IMG/VR virus record: IMGVR_UViG_3300031683_000008
Coordinates: 1-48,331 of that record
Source of the DNA: a virus
Lineage: Duplodnaviria; Caudoviricetes
DNA length: 48,331 nt
Strand: one strand, 5' to 3'
Shown: piece after piece, positions 15,901 to 25,305 of the stretch
How the letters are laid out: every line of letters starts with the position of its first letter
Numbering within the stretch: position 1 is the first letter of the stretch
The notes under the pieces: generated by a model
The model's database searches: none
The model's input: the letters and a program-made list of their open reading frames with translations, nothing else
What the model was told of the DNA's origin: nothing
Position numbers and translations under genes: made by a program

Positions 15901-17878
15901 GGTTGGCCTCAGCTAGTGCCGGCGCCACATCTTGGTGAAGTCTCAGTGTTTTAATTATACGTTGAGAAGCTTCCATTCGTTTTTCAACAGCTTCTTTATC
16001 TTTAGCTTTAGTGTGAGATAATTCATCCGCAAGCTTTCTATATCTACGCATCTCTGCCATAGATAGTTTATCAATATTCTCATCTCCGGTAAGCTCTAGC
16101 GCTACAGGGAGGTGCTCAAGAGAGTGAGAGTCATTTTTCTCATCCCCTGTCCATACATCTAGACCTTCTACAACCTCAGAAAGTTCCTTCTTTTTGTTAG
16201 TCTTGTACTTTATACCTATTGGTATGATACGAGACTGTCTAATAGAGGTTACACCATACTTAGATAGTAAAGCGTCTCTATATACACCGATCTGAGAATC
16301 GTACCCTTCGATAGAATCTGCGAACATATCTTTGGTAACCTCTAATTTCTTAGAATGTTTAGACCATGTACTATTCTTGAACGCTGTTCCCTTAAATTTA
16401 TAATCATATATTGATGCAGAGTTATCACTGAACAGTACGAGTAAATCAATTGTACCCCCCATACCTACAGCCTCATCTGAAATGAACTGTTCCGGAAGTA
16501 TAGTATACTTACCTTTAGGGTCTACAACCTTTTGTTGTGCGTCGATAACTGACTTCAAGTGCAGCATAGACTTATGTAATTTCTTTACATGTGCCTCTGA
16601 GAACGTAGTACCTACACTGGTTAGTATTTTCCCTATAGATCCTTTCTTGTGGAATACTACATCCACTAATTTCTCCATTATAAGGTGACCTTTAGTACCT
16701 ACGGACATTCTAACTTTAGCGTTAACGTCTTGGAAAATCTTCTCCTCATCTGAGAGGTACCTCTTGGAGGTTTTCTTATTGTATATGATCGATGCAGCAT
16801 CGGATGCTCTAATCTTAAGCTCTATGCCTTCGTATATAGAACCTTTCTTTCCTACGTATCTATCTAAAGAAGACTCATCTCCAGCTAACTGTACAAAATA
16901 CTTCTTTAAATCCTTGGAAGTAACATCTGCTAGCTCGACTTTATCTATTTCATATCTCCCCTCAAAGTCCTTTATCATCTCGAGAGTTTCTGCCACGGTT
17001 TTATCCTGATAGAACACCCCTGTCAACTGTGCAGTCCTTGGGTCTATATTAACAGCAGACTCAAGGTCATTATTGAACATATGCATCGCCGATTTAATGA
17101 AAGGGTCTGATACTGTCTTCCCAAAAATACCGGATAACGCGTTAAGAACTCGGTTCCACCATCTTTCTAATCTCGATAGCTTCTCCTTAGATTCTAAATT
17201 GTCTTTTCCTTTTACTATATGCTCAGAGATTATCTTACCTATAGCCTCCCGCTTAATCATATCCATGTTACCGTCGTACTGCTTGTAGTAGAAGCTGTCT
17301 GGTTTGGCCATCTCTTTGAATATCTCAAAGGACTCGACCATCTTATACATGGAGTTATATAAAGGGTTCTCATCACTACGTAATATTTCCACTAAAAAGT
17401 GGGCAGCTTCTTCTGAAAGTGTAGATATATCTGCACCTTGAGTAGACAACTGTATAACTCTGTTGGTCATATCCGCCAACCCCATAGCACTCACAGGGTT
17501 ACCTGATTCATCCTTAAGTACGTCAACTTCTCTAACCTCTACCCCTATTTTCATAAGGAAATAATCAAGACTGTTTTCCAAGGTGTCTGAAGTCTCTTTA
17601 AGTTTAACTTGATGCCCAAGTTCCCCCCAAGAATTCATATCCGCGTGGACATTGTCTAGGATTTTAGTAACTATGGTACTGTTAATAGTAGGCTCAGATT
17701 CAAGCTCTATCTTATCAGAGACATGAGTTGCCTGCAGGTATGCTGCAAGGGCTACGTCTTCAAACGCTCCGTCGTGGATAGATTGGTTTATCTCTTCGTA
17801 CAAAGTAGAGGGCCGTCCATACTTATCATTGACTTGTTCTATAGATCCCTCATTATTTCTAGTTATTCTGCACGACAT
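12980..17878 (-). CDS. Giant virion ejection/cargo protein with degenerate zincin-like motif and RecB-family nuclease domain
   Basis: 1632 aa downstream of the vRNAP; EEAAH; GTKGH...GTIDL...YDYK...QIGVY. Confidence 0.75.
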   Translation of the reverse strand: MSCRITRNNEGSIEQVNDKYGRPSTLYEEINQSIHDGAFEDVALAAYLQATHVSDKIELESEPTINSTIVTKILDNVHADMNSWGELGHQVKLKETSDTLENSLDYFLMKIGVEVREVDVLKDESGNPVSAMGLADMTNRVIQLSTQGADISTLSEEAAHFLVEILRSDENPLYNSMYKMVESFEIFKEMAKPDSFYYKQYDGNMDMIKREAIGKIISEHIVKGKDNLESKEKLSRLERWWNRVLNALSGIFGKTVSDPFIKSAMHMFNNDLESAVNIDPRTAQLTGVFYQDKTVAETLEMIKDFEGRYEIDKVELADVTSKDLKKYFVQLAGDESSLDRYVGKKGSIYEGIELKIRASDAASIIYNKKTSKRYLSDEEKIFQDVNAKVRMSVGTKGHLIMEKLVDVVFHKKGSIGKILTSVGTTFSEAHVKKLHKSMLHLKSVIDAQQKVVDPKGKYTILPEQFISDEAVGMGGTIDLLVLFSDNSASIYDYKFKGTAFKNSTWSKHSKKLEVTKDMFADSIEGYDSQIGVYRDALLSKYGVTSIRQSRIIPIGIKYKTNKKKELSEVVEGLDVWTGDEKNDSHSLEHLPVALELTGDENIDKLSMAEMRRYRKLADELSHTKAKDKEAVEKRMEASQRIIKTLRLHQDVAPALAEANRLVKRANLGMGVEDEFITVKGEEEFNPKYLSEKELLTIYKELVHFRGFTELERVRETLAKSPKSKALLESLNSSTGNIVTTIKSLQDAIVNRMDTKARAMGIKSFKYNRQMSALNSYVNISSHSSAYSRYMHETMVVINGKALEFEKALAGEIKAAMDALESGSMTIQEGYAKLINPLTHNLYAKFSHEFYKDKKAAISEGNHAWMKANYQVDEEYYQKEFSNWKKSTFNMIDKEYPNAPEAAASAKKSWLEKYDVKNSDKAWVGPGGTYFTKINEEATRGYITPEYSEIANTPELKQFYDFHVKKVHEFEKRFGKNLGHTFIGNVHKSLVDSVIEDGNPFSTLSKSAINVFKTREHELEFAKADTDGSGIRHVPRLYTAELMSEDAEGNEVIDRSLRSNELGRSLYLLGQAAIQYELKHEVQDEMLLIEAILKDNMIDSVLEDDRGNTISQGHQRVKTVFNAGQANAESFTDLVDKAIYGISLKTKDSVTESGISFNKSMLALKAFHSVAALGLKMPVALGALGAGIVGVNIQGKKGIHITTTNVREAELALIARDPKVRAIMEHFQLAVLDESKRRGEMLASTVRAKYLTGDRWFEFLAQADKVVDTVLAVAMSKNHGVDANGNLKRMNELPKGTLSMYDSMELTENKDAVFGVTDRYAVKIPGMEANAFNNFRARMATMSTKVKGSASPESINTAGMTIINRFFLHYRSWLPGLALERFGMLRYDHTLEHFDQGTMRGFFGNFGPDEMFDSLGQAITAEWALHEYAGAILVDAGKIALDIGTFGLTNAHKIKEGKARREFKNFMVDQTMNEEFAFKTKEEEEASFQKFLELKRGNLKGSIAELRAVALLMLTLMAMGGDWDDDGKIDINQSWLGRKIHNVFGRVYRETAVFWDLTELTGPRSTGIPLLGLAQDGIKLINNSMDEFWDRVTGKQGVETDRAEAWFYAWKFAPGLGGFVKTLEIYPQHKNHR

Positions 17879-17879
17879 A

Positions 17880-20800
17880 TTATTTACATTTTAATTGTTC
17901 TGTTAGGTTTGATAGGTCCTGTGAAGGAGGGGCTGTTTCAGCTTCCATAGCCTTCTTATACTCTGATGATTCTTGAACAAACCCTGTATTACCAGGAGCC
18001 TGCACATCTAATTTTGATATAAATAAAGGACTCTTATCAGCAAAGAAGGCCTTTAAATCAGGAGTCTTATTAGCCTGAGCTAATGAAGAGAACCCTAAAG
18101 CTTTAGCTAAAGTAGCTTTATCCCATCTAGCACCAGTTGGAGACTTTCCTAAGCTTCCAGACTTTATAACTTCAGAGCTATTCCCTCTGGATGCGTACTT
18201 CACATCTATTAACGCCTGGTTACCTAAAGAATACAAACCATTTGCAACCCTACTAGAGGAGTAATGCATATTCTTAGTTCCCTTGAGTATCTTTCTAGAT
18301 AAATCTACATTGTTAGTCAAAAGACCTAATGGAGATTCTATTGCATTTGTCAGTATGATACTTGTTGAACCTACCGCTTCCAATAGTTTACCCTTAACTC
18401 CCATCTTACCAGCTCTTAGCCAGTCATCACCTTTTCTATTTCTTGTGAAATGTGAGTACGAATATACTTCCCCCACCTTTCTAGACAAAGTTAGTGAATT
18501 TTTCTTTACCCATGGAAATGCATTAGCGTCAGCCTTTATTTCATCGGCATGGAATATAGCAGATTTGCTATCACCTACATACACTTGGTGTGAGATCACA
18601 GAGTTGTGCCAATTATTATCCAAGAAAGAGTGCCAAAGTCTTTTAGCTTTTCCTCCTACATCTGAAGAGTTTAAGAACCCGTCGAATACATTCTTAGTTA
18701 TAGCAGCAACATCTGCAGGTGGTATGATTGCAGCAAAAGAATTCTGACTGTAATCTACACCTGATTGTAATACACTGAATATAACTAGGTCTTGGTGAAT
18801 ATCTGGTGCCAGTAAACGTAAGTCCTCGAAAGATTCTTTCAAGATGTCTACCATACCAATATCATATTTCCCTCTATGCAGCTTCAACCCATCTACGGTA
18901 GCCATAGTAGTACCCATTATGTATGGATCTAATAATGGAAGTAGAGAATCTATCACTAAGTTTTGTACTTCTCCAGACTTCTGTAGAGCATCTATACGTC
19001 GTGGTAAACTATTCGGGCCTTGGAACAATCGAGCTCTCATATCAGAGATAGTTTCCTCCCCATAAGTAGCACTCTGTATTAAGTTAGCTGTTATGAAATT
19101 ATCAAATCTATTTAGAGTGTAAGTAATATCATCTCTAGATAAACCGGACTCTATCATGTCATACGCTTTACCAATAAAAACCTCTCTAAGCGCTGTAGAT
19201 GTGTTCTTCAGATCTACAGATTCTAATAGTTTTGTAGATGATTTTATAGCGTTTCTACCATATGAAAGCATTGAATTCTTACTAGACGTCAGTGCACCTA
19301 TACCAGTGAATATACCATCTACTCTTACCTTTCTTTCCAGGGCTTCTAAGTAGATAGACTCACTCTCATTTTTAAGTTTAAGCTTATCATATGAGTGTGT
19401 AACTTCTAGGTTCTTTAAATGTCTAGCATACTCTTTATAACGTATAAAGTCTTGTAATACCTGCACTTGAATTTCACGTGCTATATCCCCAAAAGTCTCA
19501 ACTACATCATTATCTGAGTTTTCCTCTGTAACCAATAAGTCCTTACCTATATATGGAGCTAAAAGTTCCTCACTCAATTGAACTGAACCTCCTACTCCAC
19601 CATACTTGGTAATCAAAGAGGCTATTATATCTTTATCAGACTTGTACGCCTCTACGCCGTACGGTAATGACATTGCTGCCTGAGATTGATTCTCATTCTT
19701 AAGTGCAAAATACTCAAACAGTATTGGTTGAGACATAAAAGCCAATGCAGTTTCCAAGGGAAGTCCAATTGTCTCTAATGCCATGTGTACTGGGGCCCCT
19801 TCTTTACCTGCATTCACGTAAGTAACAAAAGGATCTTTCTCACCATCGACATACCCTGAGATATATTGCTGCATTAAAGAGTTAATTGTAACATCCGATC
19901 TGTACGTGTAAGTTTTAGATATAGAATATGAAGGGTCTACCTCCGAGAAATTGAACACTACTCCGGCGTCTTTATTGAAGGCCATGTTCACCCTCTGTAA
20001 TTTAGCTACGTGAGTAGAACTAGAGGCTACAATACCTGTACCCCCAATAGTTTGATTCATTATGAACTCTGTACTAATAAGGTTATCAAGACTTAACATA
20101 TCTACTAGGTCCTTTTTAACCCTCTCGTCCCCAACCCAGTCTTCTTTGTTGACCAGTTTATCAATTTTATATGCAATATCCTTTAAAGTAAAGGCCCCAA
20201 CAGGGGTTATAAGTTGATCAAACGATAATGGATGCTTAAGAATATCGCGCATAATGTTTTGCACTTGATTCTGCATGTACTTCTTAGTCTGAACATCTTT
20301 ACTTGTAAGCTTGAAGAATCTATCATGTAATAGTCTATCTTTTTCGGCTAACCTTTCCATAATGTCTAACTGGAACATCCTAGCGTTAGACATTGACCCG
20401 CCTTCAAATATTGTGTGAGGAGCTGAAATAGCTCTATCTAAGAAATCATCACGTAACTTATCTATAGCTCTATAAGCTGCAGCTTTATCAACAGGATTGA
20501 TTATATTACTAGCTGTCTCTTTTTTCTCTTTTAACTTCTCTTTAAACGCCTTAACCTCAGGCACTTGCGCGTAATCCTTAAACAAAGACTCTACCGCAGA
20601 CTTACTACTGTAAATCTCAGTTAAATCTTTTATGTGCTCTAGAGCTTTATTTGTAGGGAATGTCTTAAAGAATAGTGACTTATAATTATCTAAGTCTGTC
20701 TTTCTAAGGTACTCAACATCTTCTACAGTAGCAGTTGAGGGATCTATACGACGCATAGGTTGCAACGTATCTCCTACCAACTCAACGTTTGGAAGATATA

Positions 20801-23800
20801 AAGTTAATTTATCAATATCAAAATCGGCCCCAGACTTCGCTACAATTTCAGAAGGTACAATAATGGTAGACCCCATACCAACCGGTAGGAAATCAACTAT
20901 CTTTATGTACTCAATAGAGTTATACCCCTCTGTAGGAATACGGAAACCAATGGCCTCTCTAACCTCATCTGTTAGTTTTATGTATTCAGGAATATCTTCA
21001 CCATAAAACTCTTTAAAAGCGTGTGGCATGTATACCTCCATAGCAAGAGTGTCTGCTGTTCTTAAGAACTCAGCTCTTGCTTCTGGTGACATCTTTTGTA
21101 GGTCCGAATCAGATATATCTTTCCTGTAAGCTTTAAGCTTTCTTAAGGCTTGAATTTCTGCAGACGCATTAGACTGCTTCATCGCCTTGTTGTCTATCTG
21201 TAGACCAAAGTTAGATTGTAATACTACCATCTCACCTCTCATCTTACGTCTAACAATTGAGCTAGTTATAATAGAGGTAACAATAGTTTCTAATCTAGAC
21301 TTCTCAAACGATTGATTCATCAAGTTCATATCCCCATCAAATACTGTAAGGATGGTCTCTTTCATAGTATCAGAAATCTCTCTCCTAGACATCTCATCAA
21401 GGATGGTGTCTCTCATCAACTCTCTGGACAATTGCTTATCCAGTAAAAGGAAAGTTTTATCACTAGGAGAATATTGGTATCCAAGCTTGATAGCTAGAAC
21501 CTGTGTCTCCCTCTCTATAAGTTCACCATGTAATCTGTGGTATCGATCTCCTGCCTCTTCCCAAGACTCCTCTGATGAGAAAGGCATAGCCTTGTATTTC
21601 TCATTAAGTATAGATGTTCCGGTCTCCTCATTTATACCGTCAAAGATGTTGTTTAACATCATTGCCATACTCTGAGTTCCAACAGGAACTTCACTACCCC
21701 TCTTATCTTTAGGGGCCATTTGAACTCCAAAATACTGAAGTGGGTACGATTGAACCGCTGTAGTATCTTGTAGTGGTGCGTACGACCCATCTTCAGATAT
21801 GTAGTCATCAAACTTTAGCTGAGAATTCATCTTAGCTCCAATCTTAGTGGTTGATTCACTAACAACATAATCTAAGTTATTAGTGTTCATGTCCTCATAC
21901 AAAGCATCAAGTACAGTTGTATTTGTATTGCCATCTAATACCTTTGATAGATTAGGGTGAATAGGGAACAATGCGAACTTGTTACCCACTCTAAAGTCAA
22001 TTCCATCTTCTAGTGCCTGAGCAATAACTTGAGGCTTGATAGGGCTTAAAATACCCACATCTGCTGTTGAAGCTGTACCATTTATAACTGCGTGGTATGC
22101 AGCCTCTTCAGTTTTACCCCAAGAGTCTGTAAGTAATCTTACTCTTCGATAGAAATCTAAATGTATCATACCTCCACCATCAAACACTTCCATGCCTTTT
22201 TCTCCGTGAGAGTATTGACCAGGAATCCCAGTCTTACCTTCTTCATACTTACCGTATGTATCTTCAACTATACCTATAAGAGCTTCATTCGCTTTTAGAG
22301 CTTTTAGAGTCTCTATGTATTGGTATGTGTAAGCTGAAACTTCTGTAACTTCCTTTCTTGTAATGAATCTAACCTCGTTGGCGTTGTGTAGTTTATACCT
22401 GTTAGGGTTACCTCTACCTTTATAGCTCTTCTCGGCCCAGTCTAGGATGTATGTATCCGTTGCAGGGTATATCTTAGGAGAGATAAATAATGAAACCCTC
22501 TTGAATATATCTGAGAAATTTGCAGGGTGCCCAAATAGTATTTTAAACTGTTCATGCGTACTAGTCACTCTCTCGATAGTTAATTGCTCTGCAAGTTTAT
22601 CAAAAAGTGAGGGGTAAATGTTGAGGTCATCAAGCTTACCGTTTGTAACTAATGTTTTGTTTAGTGAATCTAAATGGTTATTATCAACCCCTACATTTGT
22701 GTAAGAAATGATAGCATCTTTGTTGTTTAAATTCTCTTGTACTACATTGTATTTTATTAAGCCTGCCTTAGTTCTGAGTATCTCAGCCTCTAAGTGCTTT
22801 TCCAGGGCCTCTGTTACATCATCGTCTAAGCCCGCTTGAATACCTTCTCTAGATATACCTCTAGTAGATACTAACCTTTCAATTAAATCTTTTATTTCTG
22901 AGAAATCGTCATGTGCAAAGAATTGAACTTCCCTACCTCTAGTGCTAACACCTTTAATTTGTTGTGCCGCACCAAAACGTATCATACTAGCTGTAAGTAT
23001 CTCATCCTCTAAGTATCCTCGGAGCCTGTCAACCATTTCTTCTCTAGTAGTCTTGAAAGTTGGTTTACCTCCAATATTAATAGCTGTGTGAGTCTTCTTG
23101 TTACCTTCCTTTATGGTAGGTACAAACCCAGATAGTATATTTGATACCATTTGTACAGCTATATCTGAAGGACTTTGTTTACTAACCCCAACTGATCTCT
23201 GTGTCTCCGTGTTTACGGTACCGGTTATCACTGCGACTTTCATCTGTTTCCCTTCCCTTAACCATTGTGCCCATACAGAGTTTCCAGCTGTAGGGCTCTT
23301 AGAGATACTGTCCAACAGTTCTCCTCCCTGATTAAGATCATCAACTAATACATTTAAGAATCCTTTAAGACTAACGGCGTATATTTTACCATCATCTACA
23401 CCTCTAAACTGCATAGAACCTATGTCACTAGAAGTAGCTAATTGTAATCCGATTAAGTTTTTTAAGTTACCACCAACATTAAGATTGAATAAACTGTGAA
23501 CGTCCCCATCTGCTAGTAAAACTGCCCCAAGTAACCAATCTATATCACTGTTGTATGCTGCTCCTTCAGGAGATTCCAAGATAGCTGTTACAGCTGGTAC
23601 ATTGGAAAACTCTATGCCTAACCATGATAGTCTTTGTAGTGTTTCCGCTACTCCATTACCTCCATGCTCAAGCATTTCACGTATAGTGAATCCATCGATA
23701 TTTCTAGACAAATCAAGAACCATACGTCCTCCAGAAACTTTCCCAAGAGAGCTTTGTGATACATTTGTAAAGTTCTCTTTCCATAGATACTTTACTAATC

Positions 23801-25292
23801 TCTCATTGTTCTCTGTATTGGCGTCGTTAGTACTCCTTTGGCCGGCCCCGGTTACCTGTGTGATCTGGTATAGAGGTTTAGCATTGTTGAACGCCGTAAG
23901 GAACCCAACCATAACTTTCATTTGATCGCTATCTAGCTCATCTGCGAACTCCCAGTTAGCAAACTTTAGCCCCATCCTTTCCAGCAGTATGTTAAACACA
24001 GGGTTCTCTTCCCCTAACTTTTTCATAGCTTCCATCATCATCTCAGGAGACGAAGTGTTAGCTAGCTCTTTATATAGTCTAGAAGTTATATCACTAGGAT
24101 TGGAGTTTTCAGGAACCCCTAATTTATTTAATTTAAATTGGTATTCACCGCTAGGCTTAGTTCCTGTAATTATAGGTAGAGTGCTAATTAAAAACTTAAT
24201 CTCGCTACTTAATCTAGACGCAGGGTTTACTTCATGCGCAGGAGTTATACCTAAAGAATCCCTAGTGCTTGCCTCTTCATCCGATGCATTGTCAGTTGCA
24301 GTGTCCTCAGACTGGTCTAAGTTCACATATAACCCAAGTGAAGCTAAGTGCGCTACATGTCCCTTTACTACAGAGTCCCATTCAAGCTCTAAAAAGCCGT
24401 CAGTATTCTTAAGTAAATTTAAATCCTGTATCTCACGTAGTAGAGCCGCCTCTTTTGGGGAACCCTCTTCCGATTCCTCATACTGATCAATCTTTGTGTT
24501 ATACCTAGCTGCCAAGTATGCCTTTAATCTACCTAAAACTTTACCGTCCATATCTGAAGGTGTACCATAGATATTATTCATTATCTCCTTACTATCTTCC
24601 GGGGAGGATAGTATTGTAGAGATCTGTTTTGCAGATAAAAGGTCCGGTAAAATAACATTCATACCTTGGTTTAGGTACGTACGTGTTCGAGTACTTATTC
24701 CCTTTACTTTAAACTTTCCATTCCCCTCATCCGAAAGTTCGTACCCGGTATCCACAGACGCCGATCCTACAACTGCACCACTTAAAGCGGATTTGTTGTC
24801 TTCTAAAGTTGCGTAAAATGAATTTAAGAATTGAAATAGATCATCTAAAGACTCACTTGTAGTTGTGTACACCTCTCCACCAGCGTAAGACGAGGCAGAA
24901 CTCTTAAATAATTCCGCTATATAAGCTATAACCTCTTTTTCAGAGAGGTTCTCCACTTTACGTGGCACATTGTTTATAGATATTTCCTTATTCTCCGCTT
25001 TAAAGGTTGATACCACCTCATTCATACCTTCCTGCCTAAGCATTCTAGCTATAACAGTTGAAAAAGTATTAGAATATTGCGGGCTAAAGGATACAACGTC
25101 GTCATAAAATAGATCTTTTGCAGCCTTCTGCTCTGAATATGATGACCCATATAAGAAGTCACCAAATTTCTGAACTGAAAATATAGGAGACGCATCTGCT
25201 CTTCTAGGGTTTATGAATTCTAAGGTTTCTCTAGCCTTATCAAAATAAGATTCCCCGTTATGCGAATCACCTTGAACTATACAATTACTCAT
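17880..25292 (-). CDS. Single-chain two-barrel virion RNA polymerase (phi14:2 gp66-like)
   Basis: GFRIPTEG...KSGADFDIDKL, with DFDID at 20811-20825; upstream DGGG, KP, NKFAL and TKIG motifs; 2470 aa. Confidence 0.93.
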   Translation of the reverse strand: MSNCIVQGDSHNGESYFDKARETLEFINPRRADASPIFSVQKFGDFLYGSSYSEQKAAKDLFYDDVVSFSPQYSNTFSTVIARMLRQEGMNEVVSTFKAENKEISINNVPRKVENLSEKEVIAYIAELFKSSASSYAGGEVYTTTSESLDDLFQFLNSFYATLEDNKSALSGAVVGSASVDTGYELSDEGNGKFKVKGISTRTRTYLNQGMNVILPDLLSAKQISTILSSPEDSKEIMNNIYGTPSDMDGKVLGRLKAYLAARYNTKIDQYEESEEGSPKEAALLREIQDLNLLKNTDGFLELEWDSVVKGHVAHLASLGLYVNLDQSEDTATDNASDEEASTRDSLGITPAHEVNPASRLSSEIKFLISTLPIITGTKPSGEYQFKLNKLGVPENSNPSDITSRLYKELANTSSPEMMMEAMKKLGEENPVFNILLERMGLKFANWEFADELDSDQMKVMVGFLTAFNNAKPLYQITQVTGAGQRSTNDANTENNERLVKYLWKENFTNVSQSSLGKVSGGRMVLDLSRNIDGFTIREMLEHGGNGVAETLQRLSWLGIEFSNVPAVTAILESPEGAAYNSDIDWLLGAVLLADGDVHSLFNLNVGGNLKNLIGLQLATSSDIGSMQFRGVDDGKIYAVSLKGFLNVLVDDLNQGGELLDSISKSPTAGNSVWAQWLREGKQMKVAVITGTVNTETQRSVGVSKQSPSDIAVQMVSNILSGFVPTIKEGNKKTHTAINIGGKPTFKTTREEMVDRLRGYLEDEILTASMIRFGAAQQIKGVSTRGREVQFFAHDDFSEIKDLIERLVSTRGISREGIQAGLDDDVTEALEKHLEAEILRTKAGLIKYNVVQENLNNKDAIISYTNVGVDNNHLDSLNKTLVTNGKLDDLNIYPSLFDKLAEQLTIERVTSTHEQFKILFGHPANFSDIFKRVSLFISPKIYPATDTYILDWAEKSYKGRGNPNRYKLHNANEVRFITRKEVTEVSAYTYQYIETLKALKANEALIGIVEDTYGKYEEGKTGIPGQYSHGEKGMEVFDGGGMIHLDFYRRVRLLTDSWGKTEEAAYHAVINGTASTADVGILSPIKPQVIAQALEDGIDFRVGNKFALFPIHPNLSKVLDGNTNTTVLDALYEDMNTNNLDYVVSESTTKIGAKMNSQLKFDDYISEDGSYAPLQDTTAVQSYPLQYFGVQMAPKDKRGSEVPVGTQSMAMMLNNIFDGINEETGTSILNEKYKAMPFSSEESWEEAGDRYHRLHGELIERETQVLAIKLGYQYSPSDKTFLLLDKQLSRELMRDTILDEMSRREISDTMKETILTVFDGDMNLMNQSFEKSRLETIVTSIITSSIVRRKMRGEMVVLQSNFGLQIDNKAMKQSNASAEIQALRKLKAYRKDISDSDLQKMSPEARAEFLRTADTLAMEVYMPHAFKEFYGEDIPEYIKLTDEVREAIGFRIPTEGYNSIEYIKIVDFLPVGMGSTIIVPSEIVAKSGADFDIDKLTLYLPNVELVGDTLQPMRRIDPSTATVEDVEYLRKTDLDNYKSLFFKTFPTNKALEHIKDLTEIYSSKSAVESLFKDYAQVPEVKAFKEKLKEKKETASNIINPVDKAAAYRAIDKLRDDFLDRAISAPHTIFEGGSMSNARMFQLDIMERLAEKDRLLHDRFFKLTSKDVQTKKYMQNQVQNIMRDILKHPLSFDQLITPVGAFTLKDIAYKIDKLVNKEDWVGDERVKKDLVDMLSLDNLISTEFIMNQTIGGTGIVASSSTHVAKLQRVNMAFNKDAGVVFNFSEVDPSYSISKTYTYRSDVTINSLMQQYISGYVDGEKDPFVTYVNAGKEGAPVHMALETIGLPLETALAFMSQPILFEYFALKNENQSQAAMSLPYGVEAYKSDKDIIASLITKYGGVGGSVQLSEELLAPYIGKDLLVTEENSDNDVVETFGDIAREIQVQVLQDFIRYKEYARHLKNLEVTHSYDKLKLKNESESIYLEALERKVRVDGIFTGIGALTSSKNSMLSYGRNAIKSSTKLLESVDLKNTSTALREVFIGKAYDMIESGLSRDDITYTLNRFDNFITANLIQSATYGEETISDMRARLFQGPNSLPRRIDALQKSGEVQNLVIDSLLPLLDPYIMGTTMATVDGLKLHRGKYDIGMVDILKESFEDLRLLAPDIHQDLVIFSVLQSGVDYSQNSFAAIIPPADVAAITKNVFDGFLNSSDVGGKAKRLWHSFLDNNWHNSVISHQVYVGDSKSAIFHADEIKADANAFPWVKKNSLTLSRKVGEVYSYSHFTRNRKGDDWLRAGKMGVKGKLLEAVGSTSIILTNAIESPLGLLTNNVDLSRKILKGTKNMHYSSSRVANGLYSLGNQALIDVKYASRGNSSEVIKSGSLGKSPTGARWDKATLAKALGFSSLAQANKTPDLKAFFADKSPLFISKLDVQAPGNTGFVQESSEYKKAMEAETAPPSQDLSNLTEQLKCK

Positions 25293-25305
25293 ATTACGTT
25301 ATATT

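Noticed and set aside
17880-25292. Intein or intron in the RNA polymerase or other large genes
   Set aside because: No C...HN splice motifs (no internal Cys), no LAGLIDADG or HNH ORFs and no frame interruptions seen.
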